DNA from: Eledone cirrhosa
Lineage: Eukaryota
NCBI GenBank assembly: GCA_964016885.1
Contig: CAXHJY010000993.1
Location: 1-64,000, forward strand
Reading direction: 5' to 3'
DNA length: 64,000 nt
Shown piece after piece: positions 14,506 through 28,164 of the stretch. A program made the position numbers and the translations under genes. Position 1 is the stretch's first letter. Each line of letters begins with the position of its first letter. The notes under the pieces are model-generated. The model had not been told where the DNA came from, ran no database searches, and saw nothing but the letters and a program-made list of their open reading frames with translations.

Positions 14506-15393
14506 TTATATTATATTTTGAGAATAAACTCTCAGTCGTTTACAATAATTAAGCTCCAGGAAGGGGCTCTTCCGAGCAGTTAAATACATTTAAAGTATAT
14601 GATAAACACGAAATGTGTTTACATTGCAACAGACAAAGTTAGCTATTAATGAAATAAACTAATAAAAGTAAATACAATTTGTCTGTCTCGATACAAGTCA
14701 ATAAAGACAAGCTTATATTGGCAACGGCCATGATTCCTGGACATATTTAAATTTCAAAATTCAAACCTGTTCTGTAGACGAATTTGAACCTCGAAACCCA
14801 AATAAGTTTCGCAACGGTGGAATGTGAATTGAAAAATAAAGAGAATCGAAATGGAATAGAAATAAAAGAGTGAAATATTCAAATCTTCTGTGCTTATCAA
14901 CAGGAATCCAGTAAAATTAGTCTATCTCACATCAAAAATTTTGCAGGTCTGACTACACGTGCGTAGGCAGGCCAAAACTAGCAATCCCACATTCACGGTG
15001 CTAGAAACAACAGCCGCTTATGCAGGATTAAGGATCAGCTCTTACAATAAAGGAGCTATACATTATATTATATTTTGAGAATAAACTCTCAGTCGTTTAC
15101 AATAATTAAGCTCCAGGAAGGGGCTCTTCCGAGCAGTTAAATACATTTAAAGTATATGATAAACACGAAATGTGTTTACATTGCAACAGACAAAGTTAGC
15201 TATTAATGAAATAAACTAATAAAAGTGAATGCAATTTGTCTGTCTCGATACAAGTCAATAAAGACAAGCTTATATTGGCAACGGCCATGATTCCTGGACA
15301 TATTTAAATTAGTTTATTAGTTTATTTCATTAATAGCTAACTTTGTCTGTTGCAATGTAAACACATTTCGTGTTTATCATATACTTTAAATGT
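14506..15393. mobile_element. Non-coding element with ~250-bp direct repeats plus a partial inverted copy (PLE-like architecture)
   Basis: 14506-14752 matches 15062-15310; 15311-15393 is the reverse complement of ~14585-14665; bounded by (TA)n. Confidence 0.7.
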
Positions 15394-15395
15394 AC

Positions 15396-15541
<146 letters not shown>

Positions 15542-15847
15542 TTAGTCCTTCATCAGTGATCTTCCAACCTTCATTGGTATTTCATCGCTTTAAAGACCAT
15601 ATACCTCCGGTTGGTGCGAGCAACAGCTAAAGAAAGTCGTTGGGACACGTAAATAAGGGGAACGAGCGAGACTGTAAACAATCAAAGATGGTAATGCAAC
15701 GAAAAGTGAGGAAGAAGGAGTCAAGTCCCTGAAATCGATGAATATAAGTTCTGTGAAATCGTGGACGAAAGAGAGAACTTATATTCATCGATTTCAGAGA
15801 CTTGACTCCTTCTTCCTCACTTTTCGGGTATGTCATGTATCATTATA

Positions 15848-15898
15848 TTTTGTCTGATGAGGACGTACTGTTGTACTTCTGAAATATGTATAATAAAA
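15848..15898 (+). ncRNA. Hammerhead motif in a PLE-1-type 3' end (15827-16041)
   Basis: ttttgt CTGATGA(15854-60) ggacgtac tgtt gtacttct GAAA(15881-84) tatgta TA ataaaa. Confidence 0.8.
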
Positions 15899-16069
15899 GT
15901 TAATTGATCAAAAGAACATCTATTTTATTAATATTTGTATTTTAATATTAATAACTCTGGAAAATTATATACCGTAGAGTGCTTCCAATCTACTGTAAAA
16001 CTCATTCTTTGCTGTACTCATTGAATCTTGTTTAACTCTTTAATATATATATATATACCATTTACATAC

Positions 16070-16089
<20 letters not shown>

Positions 16090-16113
<24 letters not shown>

Positions 16114-16114
16114 A

Positions 16115-16173
<59 letters not shown>

Positions 16174-16174
16174 C

Positions 16175-16221
<47 letters not shown>

Positions 16222-16388
16222 TGTAATACATATATATATACAATAACAACAAACACTTATAAACTCACACTAGTAAACAAAGATAGAATACAAAAACCAA
16301 AACACATACTCTCAAACGCGAACACACACATCAAACATTATACACACACACACACAAACGCATGCGCAGAGACGGGGACAAGAAGTAA

Positions 16389-16435
<47 letters not shown>

Positions 16436-16631
16436 AAATGGCGTAAACATTACAATACAACAGGAGGGAACATGATAATAGCACCACTAATGATGTTGCA
16501 GATGTGCAACGAAAGAACTTTGATAGACTATATATATATATATATATATATGTTTTTTCAACTGTTGGTCAGTCAATGATAAACATTGATTGCTAAATAA
16601 ATTAACTATGGAGATATAAAAGATACAGAAG

Positions 16632-16686
<55 letters not shown>

Positions 16687-16828
16687 TATATTGTTGTAAT
16701 AATATTGCCAGAAATAATATCAGAACACACTCACTGTTTGGTTGGTTTTCCCTTCTGTATCTTTTATATCTCCATAGTTAATTTATTTGGCAATCAATGT
16801 TTATCATTGACTGACCAACAGTTAAAAA

Positions 16829-16868
<40 letters not shown>

Positions 16869-16964
16869 ATCAAAGTTCTTTCGTTGCACATCTGCAACGG
16901 TGCACATCTGCAGTGGTGCTATTATCATGTTCCCTCCTGTTGTATTGTAATGTTTACGCCATTT

Positions 16965-16999
<35 letters not shown>

Positions 17000-17144
17000 T
17001 TACTTCTTTTCCCCGTCTCTGCGCATGCGTTTGTGTGTGTGTGTGTGTGTATAATGTTTGATGTGTGTGTTCGCGTTTGAGAGTATATGTCTTGGTTTTT
17101 GTATTCTATCTTTGTTTACTAGTCTGAGTTTATAAGTGTTTGTT

Positions 17145-17196
<52 letters not shown>

Positions 17197-17202
17197 TACA
17201 CA

Positions 17203-17240
<38 letters not shown>
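16090..17240. repeat. ~500-bp inverted repeat (PLE 3'UTR-like) including microsatellites
   Basis: 16090-16636 is the reverse complement of 16750-17240; degenerate core ctaatga-tgttgcagatgtgcaac-gaaa at ~16487-16514. Confidence 0.8.
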
Positions 17241-17281
<41 letters not shown>

Positions 17282-17282
17282 G

Positions 17283-20200
17283 TGGTGGCTGCCAACTCGT
17301 TTTCGAGTACGGCCACTACTTTATATCCATGTAGGTGAACCCCTACCAATGCGCTGAACGAATGTGTCTTTTTAGTCCAGCCAGCGACTTGAAAACTCTG
17401 GTACAAACACTACACTTGTGACAATTATTGACACATAGTGCTGGCCCCATGGTACCATGTGACGACAAGTGCAGAGAGATCTCCAGATATAAAGCAATGC
17501 CTGTGCCGTGAAGCTTTTATAGTGAGAAAAGGCACTGCACAAAGCCAGTCCCACTCTCTTAACCAAGATGATATTTACCAAAAAGAAGAACAATTCGACA
17601 TCATTGGATACCATCAGGGTTGCAGGTGTTATATCAGAGTTTTCCTTCTCCTAGAATTCTGCCTTGACAAAGGCTAAGGGGTCATCTCTCCCGGTGATTT
17701 TGGATGGCTATTGACTCTTAAGAGCCCCTTTGCCTTTTGATAGGTTTTGTTTTTAGTCCTGCAGGATGTCCAAAGCCACCCTCCTCACCAAGAAACCTTG
17801 GTGGGGTTGCCAGTTTAGTCGCCAACGACCCGACCATGAGACAGGTTGTACTGGGATACATGTTACCAGTAGCACCAACTGGTGACCTGACATACATACA
17901 TACATACATATATACATACATACATACATATATACATACATACATACATATATATATGGTGGCTGCCAACTCGTTTTCGAGTACGGCCACTACTTTATAT
18001 CCATGTAGGAGAACCCCTACCGATGCGCTGAACGAGTGTGACTTTTTAGTCCAGCCAGCGACTTGAAAACTCTGGTACAAACACTACACTTGTGACAATT
18101 ATCGACACATAGTGCTTTGCCTTTGGTACCATGTGACGACAAGTGCAGAGAGATCTCCAGATATAAAGCAATGCCTGTGCCGTGAAGCTTTTATAGTGAG
18201 CAAAGGCACTGCACAAAGCCAGTCCCACTCTCTTAACCAAGATGATATTTACTAAAAAGAAGAACAAGTCAACATCATTGGATACCATCAGGGTTGCAGG
18301 TGTTATATCAGAGTTTTCCTTCTCCTAGAATTCTGCCTTGACAAAGGCTAAGGGGTCATCTCTCCCAGTGATTTTGGATGGCCATTGACTCTTAAGAGCT
18401 CCTTTGCCCTTTGACAGGTTTTGTTTTTAGTCCTGCAGGATGTCCAAAGTCACCCTCCTCACCAAGAAACCTTGGTGGGGTTGCCAGTTTAGTCACCAAC
18501 GACCCGACCATGAGACAGGTTGTACTGGGATACATGTTACCAGTAGCACCAAGTGGTGACCTGACATAAATATATACATACATATATATATACATACATA
18601 CATTATATATATATACATACATTATATATATATATATATACATATACATACATGATATATATATATATATACATACATAATATATATATATATATACATA
18701 CATAATATATATATATATACATACATACATCATATATATATATATATACATACATACATTATATATATATATATATACATACATACATTATATATATGTA
18801 CATACATTATATATATATATACATACATTACATATATATATATATATACATACATTATATATATATATATACATACATTATATATAATATACATACATAC
18901 ATTATATATATATATATATACATACATACACTATATATATATATATACATACATACATTATATATATATATATATACATACATACATTATATATATATAC
19001 ATAGATACATTATATATATATAGATACATACATTATATATATATATATATACATACATACATTATATATATATATATACATACATACATTATATATATAT
19101 ATATACATACATTATATATATATATATAAATACATACATTATATACATATACATACATTATATATATATACATACATACATACATACATACATTATATAT
19201 ATATATATACATACATACATACATTATATATATATATATACATACATACATACATTATATATATATATTATATACATACATACATACATTATATATATAT
19301 ATACATACATACATTATATATATATATATACATACATACACTATATATATATATATATACATACATCCATTATATACATATATATACATACATACATACA
19401 TCATATATATATATATATACATACATACATTATATGTATATATATAATGTATGTATGTATATATATGTATATAATGTATGTATGTATATATATATATATA
19501 TATATAATGTATGCATGTATGTATATATATATATATAATGTATGTATGTATGTATATATATATGATGTATGTATGTATGTATATATATATATATAATGTA
19601 TGTATGTATGTATATATATATATAATGTATGTATGTATGTATATATATATATATAATGTATGTATGTATGTATATATATATATATATAATGTATGTATGT
19701 ATGTATATATATATATATATATAATGTATGTATGTATGTATATATATATATATATAATGTATGTATGTATATATATATATATATAATGTATGTATGTATG
19801 TATGTATAAGGGCGGTGGATTGGCAGTATCGGTAGAAGGTCGGACGCCATGCTTTCCAGCATAGTTACGTCCCTTTACGATCTGAGTTCAAATCCCGCCG
19901 AGGTTAACTTTGCCTTTCATCCTTACGGGGTCGATAAAATAAAGTACCAGTAATGCACTGGGTAATTGCTGGCCTTGTGCCTAAAGTAGAAAACAATTAT
20001 ATATATATATATACATACATACATACATTATATATATATATATACATACATACATTATATATATATATATATATACATACATACATACATTACATATATA
20101 TATATATGATACATACATACATTATATATATATATGGTGGCTGCAACTCGTTTTTGAGTACGGCCACTACTTTATATCCATGTAGGAGAACCCCTACCGA

Positions 20201-21612
20201 TGGGCTGAACGAGTGTGAATTTTAGTCCAGCCAGCGACTTGAAAACTCTGGTAGGTACAAACGCTACACTTGTGACAATTATTGACACATAGTGCTGGGT
20301 GCATGGTACCATGTGATGACAAGTGCAGAGAGATCTCCAGATATATAGCAATGCCTGTGCCGTGAAGCTTTTATAGTGAGCAAAGGCACTGCACAAAGCC
20401 AGTCCCACTCTCTTAAGCAAGATGATATTTACCAAAAAGAAGAACAAGTCAACATCATTGGATACCATCAGGGTTGCAGGTGTTATATCAGAGTTTTCCT
20501 TCTCCTAGAATTCTGCCGTGACAAAGGCTAAGGGGCCATCTCTCCCGGTGATTTTGGATGGCCATTGACTCTTAAGAGCTCCTTTGCCCTTTGACAGGTT
20601 TTGTTTTTAGTCCTGCAGGATGTCCAATGTCACCCTCCTCACCAAGAAACCTTGGTGGGGTTGCCAGTTTAGTCGCCAACGACTCGACCATGAGACAGGT
20701 TGTATTGGGATACATGTTACCAGTAGCACCAACTGGTGACCTGACATAATATATATATATACATACATACATAATATATATATATATATACATACATACA
20801 TACATTATATATATATATATACATACATACATACATTATATATATATATATATACACATACATACATACATACATTATATATATATATATACATACATAC
20901 ATACGTTATATATATATATATACATACATACATACGTTACATATATATATATACATACATACGTTATATATATATATATACATACATACATACATTATAT
21001 ATATATGGTGGCTGCCAACTCGTTTTCGAGTACGGCCACTACTTTATATCCATGTAGGAGAACCCCTTCCGATGCGCTGAACGAATGTGACTTTTTAGTC
21101 CAGCCAGCAACTTGAAAACTCTGGTACAAAGACTACACTTGTAACCATTATTGACACATAGTGCAGGGCCCATGGTACCATGTGATGACAAGTGCAGAGA
21201 GATCTCCAGATATAAAGCAATGCCTGTGCTGTGAAGCTTTTATAGTGAGCAAAGGCACTGCACAAAGCCAGTCCCACTCTCTTAACCAAGATGATATTTA
21301 CCAAAAAGAAGAACAAGTCAACATCATTGGATACCATCAGGGTTGCAGGTGTTATATCAGAGTTTCCTTCTCCTAGAATTCTGCCTTGACAAAGGCTAAG
21401 GGGTCATCTCTCCCGGTGATTTTGGATGGCTATTGACTCTTAAGAGCTCCCTTGCCCTTTGACAGGTTTTGTTTTTAGTCCTGCAGGATGTCCAAAGTCA
21501 CCCTCCTCACCAAGAAACCTTGGTGGGGTAGCCAGTTTAGTCGCCAACGACCCGACCATGAGACAGGTTGTACTGGGATACATGTTACCAGTAGCACCAA
21601 CTGGTGACCTGA
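17283..21612 (-). mobile_element. Tandem array of four ~610-bp RTE-derived non-autonomous elements (17283-17890, 17957-18564, 20135-20744, 21006-21612) separated by (TACA)n/(TA)n
   Basis: Four highly similar non-coding units; minus strand has RTE 5'UTR-like motifs (ggtgaggaggg, acctgtcaaaggg, ctaggagaaggaaaactctga) and an RTE-like 3' end cgaaaacgagttggcagccaccat. Confidence 0.8.
19810..19998 (+). mobile_element. Full-length tRNA-derived SINE
   Basis: A-box-like tggcagtatcgg, B box gagttcaaatcc, core gcctttcatccttacggggtcgataaaataaagtaccag (Nin/Deu-domain-like); near-identical copy at 58652-58840. Confidence 0.85.
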
Positions 21613-22521
21613 CATAAATGTATGTATATATATATATGTATATATATATATACATACATATATATATATATATGTATGTAAATGGTATATATATATATAT
21701 TAAAGAGTTAAACAAGATTCAATGAGTACATCAAAGAATGAGTTTTGCAGTAGATTGGGAGCACTCTACAATATATAATTTCCCAGAGTTATTAATATTA
21801 TAATACAAATATTAATAAAATAGATGTTCTTTTGATCAATTAAATTTTATTATACATATTTCAGAAGTACAACAGTACGTCCTCATTAGACAAAATATAA
21901 TGATACATGACATACCCTGAGATGTTAAATGGTTAAGATTTAATCAAGGTAGTGATTAACCTAAGAGAAAACTCAACATTTATACCCTAATAATGAGAAA
22001 ATGCGAAAACGTAATAAATTCAATAGAGAATGTGTGAGTAAGAAAAACGTTGGTTACTGTGACAGCTATAGAGATTTTAAAACGTGGGATACTACAAGTT
22101 ATGGTTATCTATGAAAACGTCTCATGAATTATAACTGTTTATGAAGGCCGCTGATAGAGGATTTAAAGAGAGGGATAGATAAAGGGGAGTAGTATATGCA
22201 GAAAGAGATTTTTTTTCCCTAAAAGCTAAACGGTTAAGTTTCAAAATATTTAAGTTATGTTATTTTAAGGGTGAAGAATCAAGATTTTAGGTTTTTTTAA
22301 AAGTTGATGGTTATTTATATTTATTAATTTTATAAATTCTATAAATGTGTTAACATTTCTAAACTTCTGAATTTTATGAGGATAAAATTTAAAGGATTTA
22401 CCTGGCCAGCGAACGGAAAATTTACACTGTTGAATATTTTCCTAAATGTAATCTTTAACGAAAATTACCTCTAAAAATGGTTGAGCGCTTTTCTATACAA
22501 TAGATTGCATATTCAATAAAT

Positions 22522-24847
22522 ATGGATTTCTTAAACTTCCCGACTTCCCTCAAAGATATACCCATACCTTCAAATGAAGAATACACGAGGAAAACTATCG
22601 AACAGACAAACTCTTTTATTATTTTGTTAGAAGATTGAGATGGCGAGCATTTCATTTCAAAAATAAAGATGCTGAAAGAAAAACCAACAACAATCATTTT
22701 GAATCTTTATTTAAATCAAGAAAGAATCCTCCATACAACAAACTTCTGGAGGATTTTGAAACATAAATGCTCGGTATAATTAAAACAATTAAATTTAGGA
22801 AAAACCCATATATAGGTCACCAATACCTTAGAACTCTAAAAGAAAAAAAATCACGGAAATAAAAAAAGTTAACAAAGTATTGGTTAAATCGGACAAAACT
22901 AATAATTTATATGGGATAAACAAAGATGAATATAACAACTTGATTTTAAAGGAACTTAGGAAAAATTATAAAAAAGCCCCGGCTGATGATCTTACTGAAA
23001 TTAATGAAGATGCCTATAAATTAATTACCAATTTAGGAATAGAAGGAAGAACCGAGCCATTCTTACCTAGGCAGCCGAGGATTAACTTGAAGGATCACAA
23101 AAGAAACTTTGAGGAAGTTAGATTGATTGCTCCATCCAAATCGGATATTGGAGTAATCAGTAAAAACATCATCGATAGAATCTTACCCACTCTTAAATTG
23201 AGATCTAATTTGAGCTTGTGGAAAGATACAAATGAAGTCATAGAATGGTACAGGAATATAGATGATAAGAAAAACCATAAATTCATCCAGATGGACATAA
23301 CAAGCTACTATTCTTCCATAACACCTAACCTTCTAAATAAGGCTCTTTCATATGCTTATAAGCATACTGATATAACCACGGATGAAATTGATATCATACT
23401 AACAGCCAGAAGAACTCTTATTAACTTCAACAATGAATATTGGACCCGCTCAGATAGAGATAGAAACTTTGATATCACTATGGGGGCATCCGATTCTGCG
23501 CAAATCACAGATATTCTGGGAATTTTCATATTAAATATGATAAATAGAAAACTGCCGGAGATTACCGGTGGTTTATATAGGGACGACATTTTATTTACGG
23601 TGGTCAAACACAACAATATAGAACTAAACAGAGTAAAGAAAAGTATAATAGAATTCTTTAAAATATATGACCTTAAGTTAGAAGTAGAAAATGGTACCAA
23701 AATAGTTAATTTCCTAGACGTTACGTTTAACTTAAACATTGGCTTTTATTACCCTTTTCATAAGCCCAATGAAAACTTAAACTATGTTAGTAACCATTCC
23801 AATCATCCTAAATCTGTAAAAAAAGCTATAGTAAATAGTGTGCAAAAACGAATTAATAAAATATCAGCCAATAAAGCTATATTTGACGAAAACGCTGAAT
23901 ACTACAACAACGCGTTAAAAGAGCAGGATATGTGAATTATATAGAATATGTAGATAATAATTGTTTCTACTATTGGCACAAGGCCAGCAATTATCCAGTA
24001 CATTACTGGTACTTTATTTTATCGACCCCGTAAGGATGAAAGGCAAAGTTAACCTCGACGGGACAAGTCTTAATCTTGATAAAAATAATAACATATATAA
24101 ACGAAACTCTAATAATTATAATTCAAACACCCATACGCCAAATAAATTGAGGAAAAGAACTAGAACTAAATCAGTCATATGGTTCTCCCCCCCCCCCTTG
24201 CTTCGGTCGCAGTTAGAACACCAATTGCAAAATTATTCTTTAATGCTTTGGACACCTCTTTCCCTACTCAACATAAATACCATTCCATTTTTAATAGACA
24301 CACCATTAAATTGTCGTATTCTACAACTATGAACATGACCCAAAACATTGCCAAATTAAACACTAAAATTTGAAAACAAAACCAGCATAATGATCTTAAT
24401 AATAGCGTTAACATAAATGATACTAAACCAAAATGTAATTGTAGAAATAAAACTGACTGCCCTCTGCAAAATAATTGTCTAGATAGTAATTTGGTTTATA
24501 AATGCACCGTAAAAACTGATCACAACACATACAACTACATAGGATCGACTTCTTCTACATTTAAAGCCAGATTTGCGAACCATAAATGCTCATTCTCGAA
24601 CTCCAAGAGGAAATCATCCACTTCTTTATCACAGCTCATATGGTCATTAAAAGAGAGGAATTTAAAATACTCCATTCTTTGGACGAAACTTCGGAATTGT
24701 GGAGTTTACCGCAACTCTAGTATATCAAATAACTGCGCGCTCTGTACAATGGAGACCCTGTTGATTATTAATAACTATGAGACCTTAATTAACAAAAAAG
24801 TGAATTATTCTCTCGTTGTCTTCATAAAGCTTGGTCTACATTCCTAG
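22522..24847 (+). pseudogene. PLE-1 RT + GIY-YIG endonuclease (frameshifts, stops, SINE insertion)
   Basis: SLKDIPIPS, VKSDKTNNLY, QMDITSYYSSI, FDITMGASDSA, GLYRDD, FLDVT, CNCRNKTDCPL, NYIGSTSSTFKARFANH, CALCTME. Confidence 0.9.
23958..24064 (-). mobile_element. 5'-truncated SINE inserted in the PLE-1 ORF
   Basis: Reverse complement of the 3' part of SINE 19810-19998. Confidence 0.85.
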
Positions 24848-26720
24848 CCTCCCATAAGACCAGAAAAAAGAGAAAAAAACACTAAGCCATTAAACTTGGT
24901 TTTTCGACGTAAATAACCAACAGGGAAAAAATGGCCTTTAATATTGCATTATCTTATAACTATCTATAGAAGAAATAACGCTCGAATGAATGACACTTGT
25001 TCAATAACACGCTGACACGTTGATATACATAACATAATATTATTAACTTTGATCCATACCATTATTTCTCTATCTTTATTTTCCTATCTAAGTTTTAATT
25101 TTAGTTTAAGTATCCAACCTGTATATTTTTACGGAACTTATTTTTAACTGTGAATCATTCATGTGTTTACATTTTTTATTTATAATATGTATGTACTTAT
25201 CTTTTGTAAGTTTTTAAATATACCTACCTTATTTTTCTATCCATGATCAAATATGGAGCAAATATCCAACCTGTAAATTTTTACGGACCTTATTTTGAAC
25301 TCTAAATTATCCATGCATTTATTATTATTTTTCTTATATATATGTATGTATTTAACTGTAGCATGTTGAAATCTATTATATAAGATTATAATCGTTATCA
25401 TTTACCAAAAGTATACTGTATCACTAATAATTAATATATATCTATATATATCTCTCTCTGTATCTCTCTATACCTAATTTTTAGATAACTTTTAAATTTT
25501 TAGATTATTTATTTTGAACTGTGAATAATTCATGCCTTTACACTCTTTTATATATATGTATCTATTTAACTTTAGCATGTTTGAATCTATTATTTTATAT
25601 TCGTTATCATTTACCTAAAATATACTGGCTCATTAATATTTAGTATATCTCTCTATACCTAATCGTTATTTTTGCAAATAAGTGTATCTGTATAATAACT
25701 TAATATTAGTTACGTATATCTCAGCTTTTGATATTTTTTTTCATATATATCTATAGTGTATTATAACATAATTACCGTTTAGTTTAACGTATAGTTTGTA
25801 CAAATATATAGTTTGTGCAAATATAGATATTTGTATAATAGCATATTTATTTGATGTACTTTAAGTAGAACTTATATAGAGATTATTACCATAATTACAC
25901 ACACATATATATATAAGTTGCTGAAAACTCTGCGTTAATCATTACACTAACTACTTGACAATTAATTTTTAGATATTTCTAACAATAAGTACTTCATAAG
26001 CTTTACATACCGAAAATGTTGACATTTTTAGAGGTAATTTTCGTTAAAGATTACATTTAGGAAAATATTCAACAGTGTAAATTTTCCTTTCGCTGGCCAG
26101 GTAAATCCTTTAAATTTTATCCTCATAAAATTCAGAAGTTTAGAAATGTTAACACATTTATAGAATTTATAAAATTAATAAATATAAATAACCATCAACT
26201 TTTAAAAAAAAACTAAAATCTTGATTCTTCACCCTTAAAATAACATAAATTAAATATTTCGAAACTTAACCGTTTTGCTTTTAGGGAAAAAAAATCTCTT
26301 TCTGCATATATTACTCCCCTTTATCTTTCCCTCTCTTTAAATCCTCTATCAGCGGCCTTCATAAACAGTTATAAATCATGAGACGTTTTCCTAGATAACC
26401 ATAACTTGTAGTATCCTACATTTTAAAATCTCTATAGCAGTAACCAACGTTTTTCTTACTCACACATTCTCTATTGAATTTATTACGTTTTCGCATTTTC
26501 TCATTATTAGGGTATAAATGTTGAGTTTTCTCTTAGGTTAATCACTACCTTGATTAAATCTTAACCATTTAACATCTCAGGGTATGTCATGTATCATTAT
26601 ATTTTGTCTAATGAGGACGTACTGTTGTACATCTAAAATATGTATAATAAAATTTAATTGATCAAAAGAACATCTATTTTATTAATATTTGTATTTTAAT
26701 ATATATATATATATATATAT

Positions 26721-27200
26721 ATAAATTTATAAAAACAATGAATAAAAACAAAGAAACAGTTCCTTATATTAAAAAATTCATCATTTTACGATCGTTTCTA
26801 GGATATATATGTGTGTGTTGGTATGTATATCATATAGATCTATGTAAACATTTTACAAACTATCAGATCTATATGATATACATACCCATTTTACAAACTA
26901 TCAGATCTATATGATATACATACCAATTTTACAAACTATCAGATCTATATGATATACATACATAGATCTATATGATATACATACCAACACACACATATAT
27001 ACTAGAAACGATCATAAAATGATTAATTTTTTAATATAAAGAACTGTTTCTTTGTTTTTATTCATTGTTTTTATTAATTTATCTTGACTCTATTTTCCTG
27101 TGATTTTCATCGAAAATTTTTTTGAATATATCTTCTCTTTTCATGATATTTGGATTACATTGAGTTCTTCATACGGATTGGACACTACCGTATATTTTTG
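26721..27200. repeat. Palindromic element end with three 38-bp tandem repeats in the spacer
   Basis: Inverted repeat 26721-26845/26960-27082; (c/a)attttacaaactatcagatctatatgatatacata(cc) x3. Confidence 0.8.
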
Positions 27201-27204
27201 GTAG

Positions 27205-27278
<74 letters not shown>

Positions 27279-27279
<1 letters not shown>

Positions 27280-27838
27280 GCGGGTGGGACCAATCCAGTT
27301 GACCACCGAGTCCATTGTCATGATCAAACCGCCACCCTCCTTCAAAAACGAAGGAGAGGCGGTTTTCCTTTGTGTGATAGCTATGGCGAAAGAGGTTGTA
27401 TGGTGGACAAGGTTGAAAGGGCTGAGGCCAGACACCTTTCTCTCCGGCCAACAACTGATTCTTTTTTTCAAATATCACTTTGGAAGAAAAATCAGGATGG
27501 AGAGAGAGGTGCTGTACCCCAGCAAGTTTTATGAAAGGTGGGTGAAAGTGGCGAGAATGGCCCGAGTGAATGGGCCTTCTCTCTATATCAGCCTGTAGGT
27601 TGAGGAAAAGGAGGAGGAGAGGAAAGGAGTACAAGCTCTTCGTACTCCTGGAGATGAGGGTTGCACATTTTTTTTCGGGGGTATGTGTTACCCATATAAA
27701 CTGTCTCCCCCCTCTATTGGGGAAAATCGACTAACTTTTAAATTCCATCTGATAACATTTTACACGTTTTTATTGTATGTAAACTTCCCCCTTTGTATTT
27801 GTCCCCTTCTTTTGTGCCCCTGTGGCTAATAAAGAAAT
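27279..27838 (+). mobile_element. 5'-truncated L1/Tx1-like LINE 3' end inserted in (TATC)n
   Basis: AKEVVWWTR..EREVL..F.ERW ORF2 C-terminus, 3'UTR ending aataaagaa; (ctat)n upstream and atctatctat downstream. Confidence 0.6.
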
Positions 27839-27874
27839 ATATCTATCTATACATATACATATATACATATATAA

Positions 27875-28045
27875 CGGAGGAGTTGTGGTAAGGAACCAGA
27901 TGGACCATAACGCACCAGAGTACTCAATACTTAGGATAGTAGAGTGGGTAATAGGAGAAAGTATGACCCCGACGGCAGAGCTCAAGCCGTTTCGACGGCT
28001 ATATCTGCGGCTTGAGCTCTGCCGTCGGGGTCATGCTTTCTCCTA
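27875..28045. mobile_element. Family C palindromic end with the 3' half of an HHR
   Basis: Inverted repeat ~27950-27989/28008-28046; minus strand GAAACGGC-ttgagctct-GCCGTC/ggggtc. Confidence 0.65.
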
Positions 28046-28046
28046 T

Positions 28047-28124
<78 letters not shown>

Positions 28125-28164
28125 GAAACATAAGTCAATTGCATGAACTCATAATCCTTTATTT

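Larger units (their letters stand above)
21700..26702 (+). mobile_element. Penelope-like element PLE-1 (Naiad-like), decayed, with ~680-bp inverted arms
   Basis: Inverted repeat 21794-22481/26024-26702; interrupted RT + GIY-YIG ORF; (TA)n at both ends. Confidence 0.9.

Noticed and set aside
19810-19900. tRNA gene
   Set aside because: A and B boxes are present but followed by a SINE core, with many copies and no cloverleaf
17283-21612. Repeat-spacer layout resembling a CRISPR array or a tandem gene family (recurrent 80-aa MVSNDV ORF)
   Set aside because: Units are ~610 bp, spacers are microsatellites, the context is eukaryotic, and the ORF lies in an RTE-derived non-coding element with a non-canonical context
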